Source: Comamonadaceae bacterium CG_4_10_14_3_um_filter_60_75
Lineage (GTDB): Bacteria; Pseudomonadota; Gammaproteobacteria; Burkholderiales; Burkholderiaceae_C
NCBI GenBank assembly: GCA_002784245.1
Contig: PFKL01000119.1
Location: 1-35,565, forward strand
Direction of reading: 5' to 3'
DNA: 35,565 nt
The notes beneath the pieces are model-generated. The model saw nothing but the letters and a program-made list of their open reading frames with translations. It did not search any database and was not told the DNA's origin. How positions within the stretch are numbered: position 1 is the first letter of the stretch; each line of letters starts with the position of its first letter. The translations under genes were made by a program, and so were the position numbers. Of the stretch, positions 9,144-17,493 are shown piece after piece.

Positions 9144-10439
9144 ATGTCAGTTCAGCAAGGTTACGCCAGCAAAAAAATGTCTGCCAGCGACGCTATGCGT
9201 CTGGTTCGCGACGGCGACACGATCATCGTGCCCACCGGCGTTGGCGAGCCGCCGACGTTGCTGACGGCACTGTCCGAGCAGCGCCGCGATTTCCAAGACG
9301 TCAAGGTGGCGCAGATCCTGGCGGTGCGCAAATTCGGCTATATCGACCCTGAGACGGTGCAGCATGTGCGCCACGTTGCTCTGTTTTACGGTGCGGCTAC
9401 CCGCGCCGGCGGGCAGGCCGGTTGGATCGATTTCATTCCCAACTATTTTTCGGAAATTCCGAGCCTGATCGGACGTGGCCAGATGCCCGCCGACGTCGTT
9501 TTCAGCATGGCCTCGCCGATGGATGCGCATGGCTACTTTTCGCTCAGTCTCGGCGCTGACTACACCATGGCGGCAGTTGCCAAAGCCCGTGCAGTGGTGC
9601 TTGAAGTCAACCCCAATGTGCCGTTTGCCTATGGCAATTGCCACGTGCATATTTCGCAAGTGGCTGGCCTGGTCGAAAGTAGCGATCCGGTGCTGGAGGT
9701 GGGTCTGCCGAAAATCGGGCCGGTGCAAGAGGCAATCGGCAAATACGTCGCTGATTTGATCGACGACGGATCAACCCTGCAGATTGGCTACGGTGGCATA
9801 CCAGATGCGGTGGTGATGCAACTCACGTACAAACACGATCTGGGTATCCACACCGAAATGATCGGCGACGGCATTTTGACGCTGCTGGCGTCTGGTGCCG
9901 TCACCAACCGGCGCAAGAACTATCTGCCGGGCAAGATGGTGGCGACTTTCGCGCTGGGCTCGGCCAAGCTCTACCAGTTCATGGACCACAATCCGGCGCT
10001 TGAAATTCACCCGGTTGAGTTCACCAACACGCCGACGCTGGCGGGCCAGAACGACAAGCTGATGTCGATCAACGCCACATTGCAGATTGATTTGCTCGGC
10101 CAATGCGGCTCGGAGAGTTTGGGGCACTTGCCGTATTCGGGCACTGGCGGCCAGGCCGACTTTGTGCGCGCGGCTAATCTTTCCAACGGCGGCAAGTCGT
10201 TCATCGTGTTGCCGTCGACCGCCAAAGGCGACACAATTTCGCGTATCGTGCCGGTGCTCTCGCCAGGTACCCATGTGAGCACCAGCAAAAACGACGTCAA
10301 TTACGTGGTGAGCGAATTTGGTGTGGCGCAGTTGCGCGGCAAATCAGCCAAGCAACGCGCCAGGGAACTGATTGGCATTGCCCACCCGAACTTTCGCACT
10401 GAGCTGACCGAGGCAGCCAAACGCATGGGCGTTTTGTAA
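9144..10439 (+). CDS. Acetyl-CoA hydrolase/transferase family protein (4-hydroxybutyrate CoA-transferase-like)
   Basis: DGSTLQIGYGGIPDAV, LGIHTEM (catalytic Glu), SGTGGQADFVRAA, SEFGVAQLRGKS...LIGIAHPNFR. Confidence 0.92.
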   Translation: MSVQQGYASKKMSASDAMRLVRDGDTIIVPTGVGEPPTLLTALSEQRRDFQDVKVAQILAVRKFGYIDPETVQHVRHVALFYGAATRAGGQAGWIDFIPNYFSEIPSLIGRGQMPADVVFSMASPMDAHGYFSLSLGADYTMAAVAKARAVVLEVNPNVPFAYGNCHVHISQVAGLVESSDPVLEVGLPKIGPVQEAIGKYVADLIDDGSTLQIGYGGIPDAVVMQLTYKHDLGIHTEMIGDGILTLLASGAVTNRRKNYLPGKMVATFALGSAKLYQFMDHNPALEIHPVEFTNTPTLAGQNDKLMSINATLQIDLLGQCGSESLGHLPYSGTGGQADFVRAANLSNGGKSFIVLPSTAKGDTISRIVPVLSPGTHVSTSKNDVNYVVSEFGVAQLRGKSAKQRARELIGIAHPNFRTELTEAAKRMGVL

Positions 10440-10454
10440 GCAAAAACTGGGCTT

Positions 10455-10497
10455 AGGGCTTGTCTGCATTGCGCAGGAAGCTATCAACACAATAGCT
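10455..10497 (+). repeat. Dispersed 43-bp motif, copy 3 (intergenic, between the CoA-transferase and ffs)
   Basis: AGGGC TTGT CTGCA TTGCGC AGGA AGCT ATC AACA CAA TAGCT, preceded by CAAAAACTGGGCTT. Confidence 0.72.
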
Positions 10498-10513
10498 TTC
10501 AGGCGAAAAAGGT

Positions 10514-10609
10514 TGACGAGCCTTGACCCCGGCACTGGCTCCACAGTTAGGGCTGCTTGGTTCCCCACCTGACCCGGTTGGCCGCTTCACCATGCGGGAA
10601 GGCCCGTCG
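10514..10609 (-). ncRNA. ffs: Signal recognition particle RNA (4.5S)
   Basis: Minus strand GACGGGCC...GGGTCAGGTGGGGAACCAAGCAGCC...GGCTCGTC: conserved SRP domain IV (TCAGGT..GGAA..AAGCAGC), paired ends, about 95 nt, next to dnaX. Confidence 0.92.
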
Positions 10610-10615
10610 AGCACG

Positions 10616-10621
10616 ATTGTA
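10616..10621 (-). promoter_or_regulatory. Putative -10 (TACAAT) of ffs
   Basis: TACAAT lies 6-7 nt upstream of the predicted SRP RNA 5' end. Confidence 0.65.
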
Positions 10622-10691
10622 AAGCCTCGTCGCAGGGTCGACGGGCTGTTGGCTTTCGCGCTGCGGCCAAGCACCCCTTTAGAATGAGCCG

Positions 10692-12452
10692 ATGTCTTAC
10701 CTCGTGCTCGCCCGCAAGTACCGCCCCCGCAACTTTTCTGAGATGGTGGGGCAGGACCACGTAGTGCAGGCGCTCTCCAACGCCTTGACCACCGGGCGTT
10801 TGCACCACGCTTATTTGTTTACTGGCACCCGCGGTGTCGGCAAGACCACGGTCTCGCGCATTCTGGCCAAGTCGCTCAACTGCCAGGGTCCGGACGGCAC
10901 AGGTGGAATTACCGCTACCCCTTGCGGTGTGTGTCAAGCCTGCACTGATATTGATAGTGGACGCTTTGTCGACTACACCGAGCTCGACGCCGCTTCCAAC
11001 CGCGGCGTGGATGAAGTGCAAGCGCTGCTGGAGCAGGCGGTGTACAAGCCGGTGCAGGGACGTTTCAAGGTGTTCATGATCGACGAAGTGCACATGCTCA
11101 CCAACACCGCGTTCAACGCCATGTTGAAGACGCTAGAGGAACCGCCCGAGTACCTCAAGTTTGTGCTCGCGACCACCGACCCGCAAAAGGTGCCGGTGAC
11201 GGTGCTGAGTCGCTGTCTGCAATTCAATCTGCGGCCGATGGCACCCGAGACGGTCCGCGAGCACTTGCAGCGCGTGTTGCAGGCAGAGCAGGTCCAGGCC
11301 GATGCCCAGTCGCTCAAGTTGCTGGCCCGCGCCGCCCGAGGTTCCATGCGCGACGCGCTGAGCTTGACCGACCAGGCCATTGCCTTCGGCTCAGGCGCGT
11401 TGGCTGAAGCGCTGGTGCGTCAGATGCTGGGCAGCGCCGACCGCTCGCACGTGTTTCGTTTGATAGATGCACTGGCGGTGGGCGACGCCAAAGCCATTGT
11501 TGAGACCTCAGAGCAACTGCGGCTGAATGGTTTGAGCGCGGCGGCGACGCTGGAAGAAATGAGCGCGGTGCTGCAACGCATGGCGGTATTGCAAGCGGTA
11601 CCCGAATCCGCAGCAGAAGACGACAGCGACCCGGAAGCGGCCGAACTGGCGCGGCTGGCGGCGCTGCTGCCCGGCGACGAGACCCAGTTGCTCTACAGCA
11701 TTTGCCTGCATGGGCGTGGTGAACTGGGGCTGGCTCCCGACGAGTACGCGGCGCTGACGATGGTATTGCTGCGCTTGCTGGCTTTCAAACCGGCAACGCG
11801 CTCTGACGCCCAGGTGGAAAAAAAAACACTGAAATCACCCGCGTCTGAGTGCTTGGCGGCACGCCCAACCCCGCCCGTTGGTCAGCCACTGCCGGTGGTG
11901 ACGATGGACAGAGCTGCTTCAGACGTCCAAAAAAATGAGCAAATTCAGGCCCCAGCCCTTTTGCAGAAAGCGCAAGTAGCTCCAAAATTTGAAGCAATTC
12001 AGGTCATTGAACAAAAGGCCCTGGCACGCGACACCGAGGCCGCAGGGGCTGCGCCTGCGGTAGCCAGCAGCGCGGAAGGTGATTTCTGGTTCGCCACGGT
12101 GCAATCCCTGCTGGCCGCCGAGGCCGTGACTGCGATGGCGCGTGAGTTGGCCCTGCAGTCGCAGTTGGTTGCCCGCGATACCGACCAATGGCTGCTGCGG
12201 GTTGAGCGCGAGTCACTCAACCAAGGTAGCAGTCGCGACCGTTTGCGCCAGGCGCTGGCGGCCACAGGCTTCGAGGTTGCGTTGGTGGTTGAAGTCGGTC
12301 GTGTCACCGACAGCCCGGCCAAACGCAACGCAGCAGCGGCAGCGCAAGCCCAATTGACCGCTGAAAAAATCGTTTTCGAAGACCCGTTGGTGCAAACGCT
12401 GATGCGTGAATTTGCGGCGAAAATCGTTCCCGGCAGCATCAAGCCGGTTTAG
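10692..12452 (+). CDS. dnaX: DNA polymerase III subunit gamma/tau
   Basis: [21 protein letters not shown], zinc motif [17 protein letters not shown] motif; followed by ybaB-recR. Confidence 0.98.
   Translation: MSYLVLARKYRPRNFSEMVGQDHVVQALSNALTTGRLHHAYLFTGTRGVGKTTVSRILAKSLNCQGPDGTGGITATPCGVCQACTDIDSGRFVDYTELDAASNRGVDEVQALLEQAVYKPVQGRFKVFMIDEVHMLTNTAFNAMLKTLEEPPEYLKFVLATTDPQKVPVTVLSRCLQFNLRPMAPETVREHLQRVLQAEQVQADAQSLKLLARAARGSMRDALSLTDQAIAFGSGALAEALVRQMLGSADRSHVFRLIDALAVGDAKAIVETSEQLRLNGLSAAATLEEMSAVLQRMAVLQAVPESAAEDDSDPEAAELARLAALLPGDETQLLYSICLHGRGELGLAPDEYAALTMVLLRLLAFKPATRSDAQVEKKTLKSPASECLAARPTPPVGQPLPVVTMDRAASDVQKNEQIQAPALLQKAQVAPKFEAIQVIEQKALARDTEAAGAAPAVASSAEGDFWFATVQSLLAAEAVTAMARELALQSQLVARDTDQWLLRVERESLNQGSSRDRLRQALAATGFEVALVVEVGRVTDSPAKRNAAAAAQAQLTAEKIVFEDPLVQTLMREFAAKIVPGSIKPV
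11818..11826 (+). other. A9 slippery run in dnaX (candidate recoding site for the gamma subunit)
   Basis: GAA AAA AAA ACA at codons 376-379. TGA at 11830 in the +1 frame and TGA at 11846 in the -1 frame. Confidence 0.65.
11954..11996 (+). repeat. Dispersed 43-bp motif, copy 4 (in the dnaX tau linker)
   Basis: AGCCC TTTT GCAGA AAGCGC AAGT AGCT CCA AAAT TTG AAGCA, preceded by GAGCAAATTCAGGCCCC; encodes [15 protein letters not shown]. Confidence 0.78.
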
Positions 12453-12535
12453 CAACTGGTGCCCCGGCACAAGCCCAGGCGACGAGATCGTCGGCTGCTG
12501 ATGGCTTTTATCCAATTTCAACCAAAGGAAACCCC

Positions 12536-12868
12536 ATGTTCAACAAAGGTCAACTCGCCGGTCTGATGAAGCAGGCGCAAGCGATGCAGGACAACCTCAA
12601 GAAAGCGCAAGACGAGCTCGGTACGATGGAAGTGACAGGCGAATCAGGTGCCGGGCTGGTCAAGGTCACCATGACCTGTAAGCACGAGGTTCGCCGTGTT
12701 GCGATCGACCCCAGCCTGCTGGCCGAAGACAAAGATATGCTCGAAGACCTGGTCGCCGCCGCTTTCAACGCCGCGTTGCGCAAGGCCGAAGACACTTCTA
12801 GCGAAAAGCTGGGCAAGATCACCGCGGGGATGCCGGGGCTGCCCGGCGGCATGAAGTTCCCCTTTTAA
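12536..12868 (+). CDS. ybaB: YbaB/EbfC family nucleoid-associated protein
   Basis: [18 protein letters not shown]...[12 protein letters not shown]...[12 protein letters not shown]; lies between dnaX and recR. Confidence 0.95.
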   Translation: MFNKGQLAGLMKQAQAMQDNLKKAQDELGTMEVTGESGAGLVKVTMTCKHEVRRVAIDPSLLAEDKDMLEDLVAAAFNAALRKAEDTSSEKLGKITAGMPGLPGGMKFPF

Positions 12869-12897
12869 GCCAGACCAGCGCACAAGCGTGATCCTTT

Positions 12898-13488
12898 GTG
12901 TCTGACACCAACGCGCTCGAGGCGCTGATTCAGTCGCTGCGCTGCCTGCCGGGCGTGGGGGTGAAGTCGGCGCAGCGCATGGCGTTTCACCTGATGCAGC
13001 ACGACCGACCGGCGGCGTTGACGCTGGCGCGGGCGTTGACGGCGGCGGCAGAGCACGTGGTGCACTGCCAGCGCTGCCACACCTTCACCGAAACAGAGGT
13101 CTGCGCGACCTGTCTTGACCCGCGCCGCGACGCCAGCAAACTGTGCGTTGTGGAAACGCCGGCGGATCAGTCAGCGGTTGAGCGCACTGGCGCGTTCAAG
13201 GGGCTGTACTTTGTGTTGATGGGCAAAATCAGTCCGCTCGACGGGCTTGGCCCCAAAGAAATCGGTCTCAAGCAATTGTTTGCACGCGCGCTCGACGGTA
13301 CCGTACAGGAGGTCATCCTGGCGACCAATTTCACCGCCGAGGGCGAGGCCACCGCGCACGTTATTGCCCAAGGTCTGAAGGACCGTGGCGTGCAGTTGAC
13401 ACGCCTTGCGCGGGGCGTGCCGGTAGGCAGTGAGCTTGAATACGTTGATCTGGGCACCATCGCCCACGCGCTGGTTGACCGGCGTTAA
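12898..13488 (+). CDS. recR: Recombination mediator RecR
   Basis: [11 protein letters not shown] HhH, CQRC..CATC zinc finger, Toprim [32 protein letters not shown] start. Confidence 0.97.
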   Translation: MSDTNALEALIQSLRCLPGVGVKSAQRMAFHLMQHDRPAALTLARALTAAAEHVVHCQRCHTFTETEVCATCLDPRRDASKLCVVETPADQSAVERTGAFKGLYFVLMGKISPLDGLGPKEIGLKQLFARALDGTVQEVILATNFTAEGEATAHVIAQGLKDRGVQLTRLARGVPVGSELEYVDLGTIAHALVDRR

Positions 13489-13508
13489 ATCTCCTGGAGC
13501 TTTTGATC

Positions 13509-13919
13509 ATGACAACCCACTTTACTTTGGCTTACTGGTGCGTCTTTGTGGTCGCCTTGCTGCCGATCGTGTGCGCTGGCGCAGCCAAGTGGGGCAAATT
13601 CACCACCCCGCGGCGCGACGGTGGCTTTGACAACGACAACCCGCGCGCCTGGCTGGCCCGTCAAACCGATTGGCGTGCCCGCGCCAATGCGGCGCAAGCC
13701 AATAGCTTTGAAGCGATGCCATTTTTTATTGGCGCGGTGGTGATCGCACACCAGTTAGGCGCGTACCAGGCGCGCGTCGACCTGCTGGCTGCCGTTTACG
13801 TCGTTCTGCGGGTGATCTATATCCTGATGTACCTGGCCAACCTGGCCAATTTGCGCAGCGTGGTCTGGGCCTTGGCGCTCGCCGTCAACGTCGCGATTTT
13901 GTTTGCGGGCTACCACTGA
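13509..13919 (+). CDS. MAPEG family membrane protein
   Basis: DNDNPRAWLARQTDWRARANAAQANSFEAMPFF plus hydrophobic helices; GGAG SD 9 nt before the ATG. Confidence 0.85.
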   Translation: MTTHFTLAYWCVFVVALLPIVCAGAAKWGKFTTPRRDGGFDNDNPRAWLARQTDWRARANAAQANSFEAMPFFIGAVVIAHQLGAYQARVDLLAAVYVVLRVIYILMYLANLANLRSVVWALALAVNVAILFAGYH

Positions 13920-13922
13920 AAG

Positions 13923-15458
13923 TTATTGTTGTGCGACTTTGGTCGCCTTTTTGTTGATCTTGGCCGGAAACTTGGTAACAGCTGTCTTCTTGCTGGTACG
14001 GCTAGTTTTGCGCGACGCTTTGGCAGGCAAATACACGGCCAACTTCTGACCCGCTTTCAGACCCGAAGCAACATCCAGATTGTTCCATTGCGCAAGTTGC
14101 TTGGCACTGACCCGGTAGCGTTTGGCGATGGATGCCAGGCTATCTCTTTTGCCAACTCTGACCACCACTTTATGCAAAACGACCTCTGGAGCCAGGCTCA
14201 GCGTGGCGGTGTTGGCAATGTGCAGACTCACGTCTTGCGTCACACCACCAGAGCGACGCACCAGCAAAGTGGAGCCCGCCTTGATCAGCATGCGACCCTT
14301 GATCTTGTTGATGTTGCGCAGTTCGGCCTCCGACATGCCCACGCGTTTGGCTGCATCGGCTGGCCTGAGCGTTTTGGGTGCAATCCAGGCCGTCCAACTG
14401 GCAAGTTGGTCGCCGGTGTAGGCTTCCAGGTTGGTCTGGAATATTGTGGCGTTGTCCCACGGCAGCAGAATCTGCGGCGTGCCCGCGGCGAGCAAGACCG
14501 GCCGCGACAGCGACGGATTGAGCGCGCGGAAGTCTTCCAACGGTATCTCAGCCAGTTTGGCGGCCAACGCAACGTCGATATCGCGGCGGATATCTACCGT
14601 CTGGAAATAGGGGTGATTACCAATGGTTGACAACGCGAGTCCCAATTTGTCGGGCGTTGTCACGATGTTTTTGACCGCCTGCAGTTTGGGCACATAAAGG
14701 CGCGTTTCCATCGGCATCTTGAGGTCGACGTAGGCGGTCCCCAGCCCGGCTTTCTGATTTTTGGCGATGGCGCGTCCAACGCTGCCTTCGCCCCAGTTAT
14801 AGGCAGCCAGCGCCAGGTGCCAGTCACCAAACATGCCATAGAGCTTTTGCAGGTAGTCCAGCGCCGCCCGGGTCGAAGCCAATACGTCACGCCGGTCGTC
14901 GCGGAACATGTTTTGACGCAGATCAAACACCCGTCCGGTGGCAGGCATGAACTGCCACATGCCCGCGGCTTTGGCGCTGGAGACAGCTTGCGGGTTAAAC
15001 GCGCTTTCGATGAACGGCAACAACGCCAATTCGGTCGGCATGTTGCGCCGCTCAATCTCTTCAACAATGTAGAAAAGGTACTTGTTGCCGCGCTCGGTCA
15101 TGCGCTGTACATAGTCTGGATGGCTGGCGTACCACTGTTCCCGGTCTGTAACCAAGTCATTTTGCAGGTCGGGCATGGCAAAGCCGCGGCGGATGCGCTC
15201 CCAAATATCGGCCGGCGGCGACAAGGGGTGAACCGGGGCGCTGCCCAACGCCAGGCTGGACAAGGGGCGCAAGCCTTCACTCGGATAGACCGGTGGCTTC
15301 AGCCCAGGCGCAGACGTGTCAGCTGCCGACACTGCAGGTTCGCGTGCCAACGCGTAGTTGGGTTGCGGCTCCGGTATATCGGTCGGTGGCGGCGCTGTAG
15401 CGCACGCTGACACCACAACGGCTAGCAGCGATGTAAATAAACGTTTGAAAGCTATCAA
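13923..15458 (-). CDS. mltD: Lipoprotein lytic murein transglycosylase (SLT + LysM), MltD-like
   Basis: Lipobox VSAC, SLT motif IESAFNPQAVSSAKAAGMWQFM, AAYNWGEG, C-terminal LysM. TTG start overlaps the gloB stop. Confidence 0.9.
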   Translation of the reverse strand: MIAFKRLFTSLLAVVVSACATAPPPTDIPEPQPNYALAREPAVSAADTSAPGLKPPVYPSEGLRPLSSLALGSAPVHPLSPPADIWERIRRGFAMPDLQNDLVTDREQWYASHPDYVQRMTERGNKYLFYIVEEIERRNMPTELALLPFIESAFNPQAVSSAKAAGMWQFMPATGRVFDLRQNMFRDDRRDVLASTRAALDYLQKLYGMFGDWHLALAAYNWGEGSVGRAIAKNQKAGLGTAYVDLKMPMETRLYVPKLQAVKNIVTTPDKLGLALSTIGNHPYFQTVDIRRDIDVALAAKLAEIPLEDFRALNPSLSRPVLLAAGTPQILLPWDNATIFQTNLEAYTGDQLASWTAWIAPKTLRPADAAKRVGMSEAELRNINKIKGRMLIKAGSTLLVRRSGGVTQDVSLHIANTATLSLAPEVVLHKVVVRVGKRDSLASIAKRYRVSAKQLAQWNNLDVASGLKAGQKLAVYLPAKASRKTSRTSKKTAVTKFPAKINKKATKVAQQ

Positions 15459-16222
15459 AACTGGTTCTTCCAGGTTCTCAGCGCCGCAAACACGTCTACC
15501 GGTTCGCGCGCCATGGGTTCCGAACGCTGCGCCGCGGCGATGACAGCAGGCACGTGGGTTCGTAAAAAAGGATTGATCAGCTTCTCTTGCCCGATCGTGG
15601 ATGGCAAACTGGGTAGACCCTGCGCACGCAAGATGTGCACCTGCGTCTGGTAGCTGACCAATGCCTGATTATCAGGCTCTACGGCCCGAGCAAAGACCAA
15701 GCCGCTGGCGGTGTACTCGTGGGCGCAACAAACGCGTGTGTCGTCAGGCAACGCGGCCAGGCGTGTCAGCGAGTCCAGCATTTGTGCCGGCGTGCCTTCA
15801 AACAAACGACCACAACCGGCGCTAAACAAGGTGTCACCGCAAAAAAGTAGCGGCGACTGGTTGGGTGGCTGGGCAAAAAAAGCCACATGACCCGCAGTGT
15901 GACCGGGGGTGTCCATCACCTCAAAATGCAGTCCAAGCAAATCGACATAATCACCGTTGGTCAAGCGGACCAGGGGTTCTGGCACGCGTTCAAGCAGCGG
16001 ACCAAAAACCCGGGCACCAGTGGCGTTGCGCAAGGCATCCACACCCCCGGTATGATCCCCGTGGTGATGGGTGATGAGAATGCCGTCGAGCCCGACGTCC
16101 AGCTGTTCAAGCGTGCTGAGAATGACCGTGGCATCACCCGGATCAACCACCAAGGCACGTACGCCGTCGTGCAGCATCCAGATATAGTTGTCGTTGAAAG
16201 CAGGTAGTGGAATTAAGGTCAT
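15455..16222 (-). CDS. gloB: Hydroxyacylglutathione hydrolase (glyoxalase II)
   Basis: PAFNDNYIW, THHHGDHTGG, TPGHTAGH, FCGDTLFSAGCGRLFEG, CAHEYT. Confidence 0.96.
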   Translation of the reverse strand: MTLIPLPAFNDNYIWMLHDGVRALVVDPGDATVILSTLEQLDVGLDGILITHHHGDHTGGVDALRNATGARVFGPLLERVPEPLVRLTNGDYVDLLGLHFEVMDTPGHTAGHVAFFAQPPNQSPLLFCGDTLFSAGCGRLFEGTPAQMLDSLTRLAALPDDTRVCCAHEYTASGLVFARAVEPDNQALVSYQTQVHILRAQGLPSLPSTIGQEKLINPFLRTHVPAVIAAAQRSEPMAREPVDVFAALRTWKNQF

Positions 16223-17012
16223 GACCAATGAAATTATAGGGATGCATGAGTGGTTGCAGACACCGCCCGGGCAATATCTGCTGGCGTGGGAACAGGCACA
16301 AATTGACGCTGTGGTGACCGATTTGTTTGGCTTTCATGCACTCCAATTGGGCTTGCCGCAGGTTGATGCCTTGCGTGCCAACCGCATGCCCCACCGCTGG
16401 TTTGCCACGTCTGGCAGTTCTGACAGCCAGCTCAAACGCAAAGCGTCCTTGGTCACCGATTTTTCTGCTCTCCCGTTTGCGGCCAACAGTCTTGATTTGG
16501 TCGTACTACCCCATTCTCTTGAGTTGACTGCCGACCCACATGGCGCGCTGCGTGAGGTGGAGCGTGTTTTGATGCCTGAAGGGCGAGTGGTGATCTGCGG
16601 CTTGAATCCGGTCAGTTTGTGGGGGTTTCGCCAGCAGCGCGCACACTGGTATCGCTGGCTGGGTCGTCATCGGCTTTTTTTGCCCGAGGCGGGTGAATTC
16701 ATTGGCTACCTGCGCTTGCGCGACTGGTTGCGCTTGCTCAATCTCGAGATTGAAGGTGGCCACTTCGGCTGTTACCGCCCGGCGTTTTCCAGTCAGGCGT
16801 GGCTGGAACGCTTTGCCTGGATGGACAAGGTCGGCGCGCACTCGTGGCCGTTCTTGGGGTCGGCTTACCTGCTGGTGGCGGTCAAGCGCGTGCCCAGCAT
16901 GACGCTGCTCAATCCCGGCTGGAAACCTGCCAGACGGCTCGCAAATGCTTCTGTTTCGGTAGCTAATAGCACAGGTAAAACAAGGGCTACAAGCCAAAAT
17001 GTCATTAAATAA
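16221..17012 (+). CDS. Class I SAM-dependent methyltransferase (YafS-like)
   Basis: EWLQTPPGQYLLAWEQ, LPFAANSLDLVVLPHSLE, LREVERVLMPEGRVVICGLNPVSLWG; gloB-yafS-rnhA context. Start is 16221 or 16242. Confidence 0.88.
   Translation: MTNEIIGMHEWLQTPPGQYLLAWEQAQIDAVVTDLFGFHALQLGLPQVDALRANRMPHRWFATSGSSDSQLKRKASLVTDFSALPFAANSLDLVVLPHSLELTADPHGALREVERVLMPEGRVVICGLNPVSLWGFRQQRAHWYRWLGRHRLFLPEAGEFIGYLRLRDWLRLLNLEIEGGHFGCYRPAFSSQAWLERFAWMDKVGAHSWPFLGSAYLLVAVKRVPSMTLLNPGWKPARRLANASVSVANSTGKTRATSQNVIK
16946..16988 (-). repeat. Dispersed 43-bp motif, copy 5 (methyltransferase C-terminal tail, reverse orientation)
   Basis: Reverse complement AGCCC TTGT TTTAC CTGTGC TATT AGCT ACC GAAA CAG AAGCA, preceded by GACATTTTGGCTTGT. 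Confidence 0.72.
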
Positions 17013-17029
17013 TTTAAATTGACGGCGCC

Positions 17030-17479
17030 ATGAATGCAATACAGATTTATACCGATGGTGCCTGCAAGGGCAACCCGGGCCCAGGCGGGTGGGGCGCGCT
17101 GCTGCGCTCAACTGATGCCTGCAAGGAGCTTTATGGTGGCGAGTTGGGCACCACCAACAACCGCATGGAAATGGTGGCGGTGATTGAAGCCCTGTCGGCC
17201 CTGAAGCGTCCGTGCAAAGTGGTGCTGCATGTCGACAGCCAGTACGTGCTCAAAGGCATGACCGAATGGCTGTCCGGCTGGAAAGCGCGCGGCTGGAAGA
17301 CGGCAACCAAGGCGCCGGTGAAAAACGTCGACTTGTGGCAGCGACTGGACGCACTGGTCAACAATGCAGGACACCAAATTGAATGGCGTTGGGTGCGTGG
17401 ACACAATGGTGACCCAGGCAACGAACGGGCAGACGCGTTGGCGAACATGGGTGTGGAGATGGCAAAGCAACGGCTATAG
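17030..17479 (+). CDS. rnhA: Ribonuclease HI
   Basis: [56 protein letters not shown]. Confidence 0.98.
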   Translation: MNAIQIYTDGACKGNPGPGGWGALLRSTDACKELYGGELGTTNNRMEMVAVIEALSALKRPCKVVLHVDSQYVLKGMTEWLSGWKARGWKTATKAPVKNVDLWQRLDALVNNAGHQIEWRWVRGHNGDPGNERADALANMGVEMAKQRL

Positions 17480-17493
17480 ACAGGATCTGACGC

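Noticed and set aside
13923-14020. Lys/Thr/Ser-rich C-terminal tail of MltD
   Set aside because: Low-complexity basic tails are common on these proteins, and no nucleotide-level repeat is visible.
15426-15468. Possible sixth motif copy at the gloB/mltD junction (AGCTATCAAAA)
   Set aside because: Only the AGCT block and following A tract match; AGCCC, GCGC and terminal AGCA are missing. At best a degenerate copy.
4086-16988. Reading the 43-bp motif as CRISPR repeats, IS ends or integron attC sites
   Set aside because: Copies are kilobases apart, degenerate and in both orientations. There is no cas, transposase or integrase gene, and no attC RYYYAAC/GTTRRRY ends.
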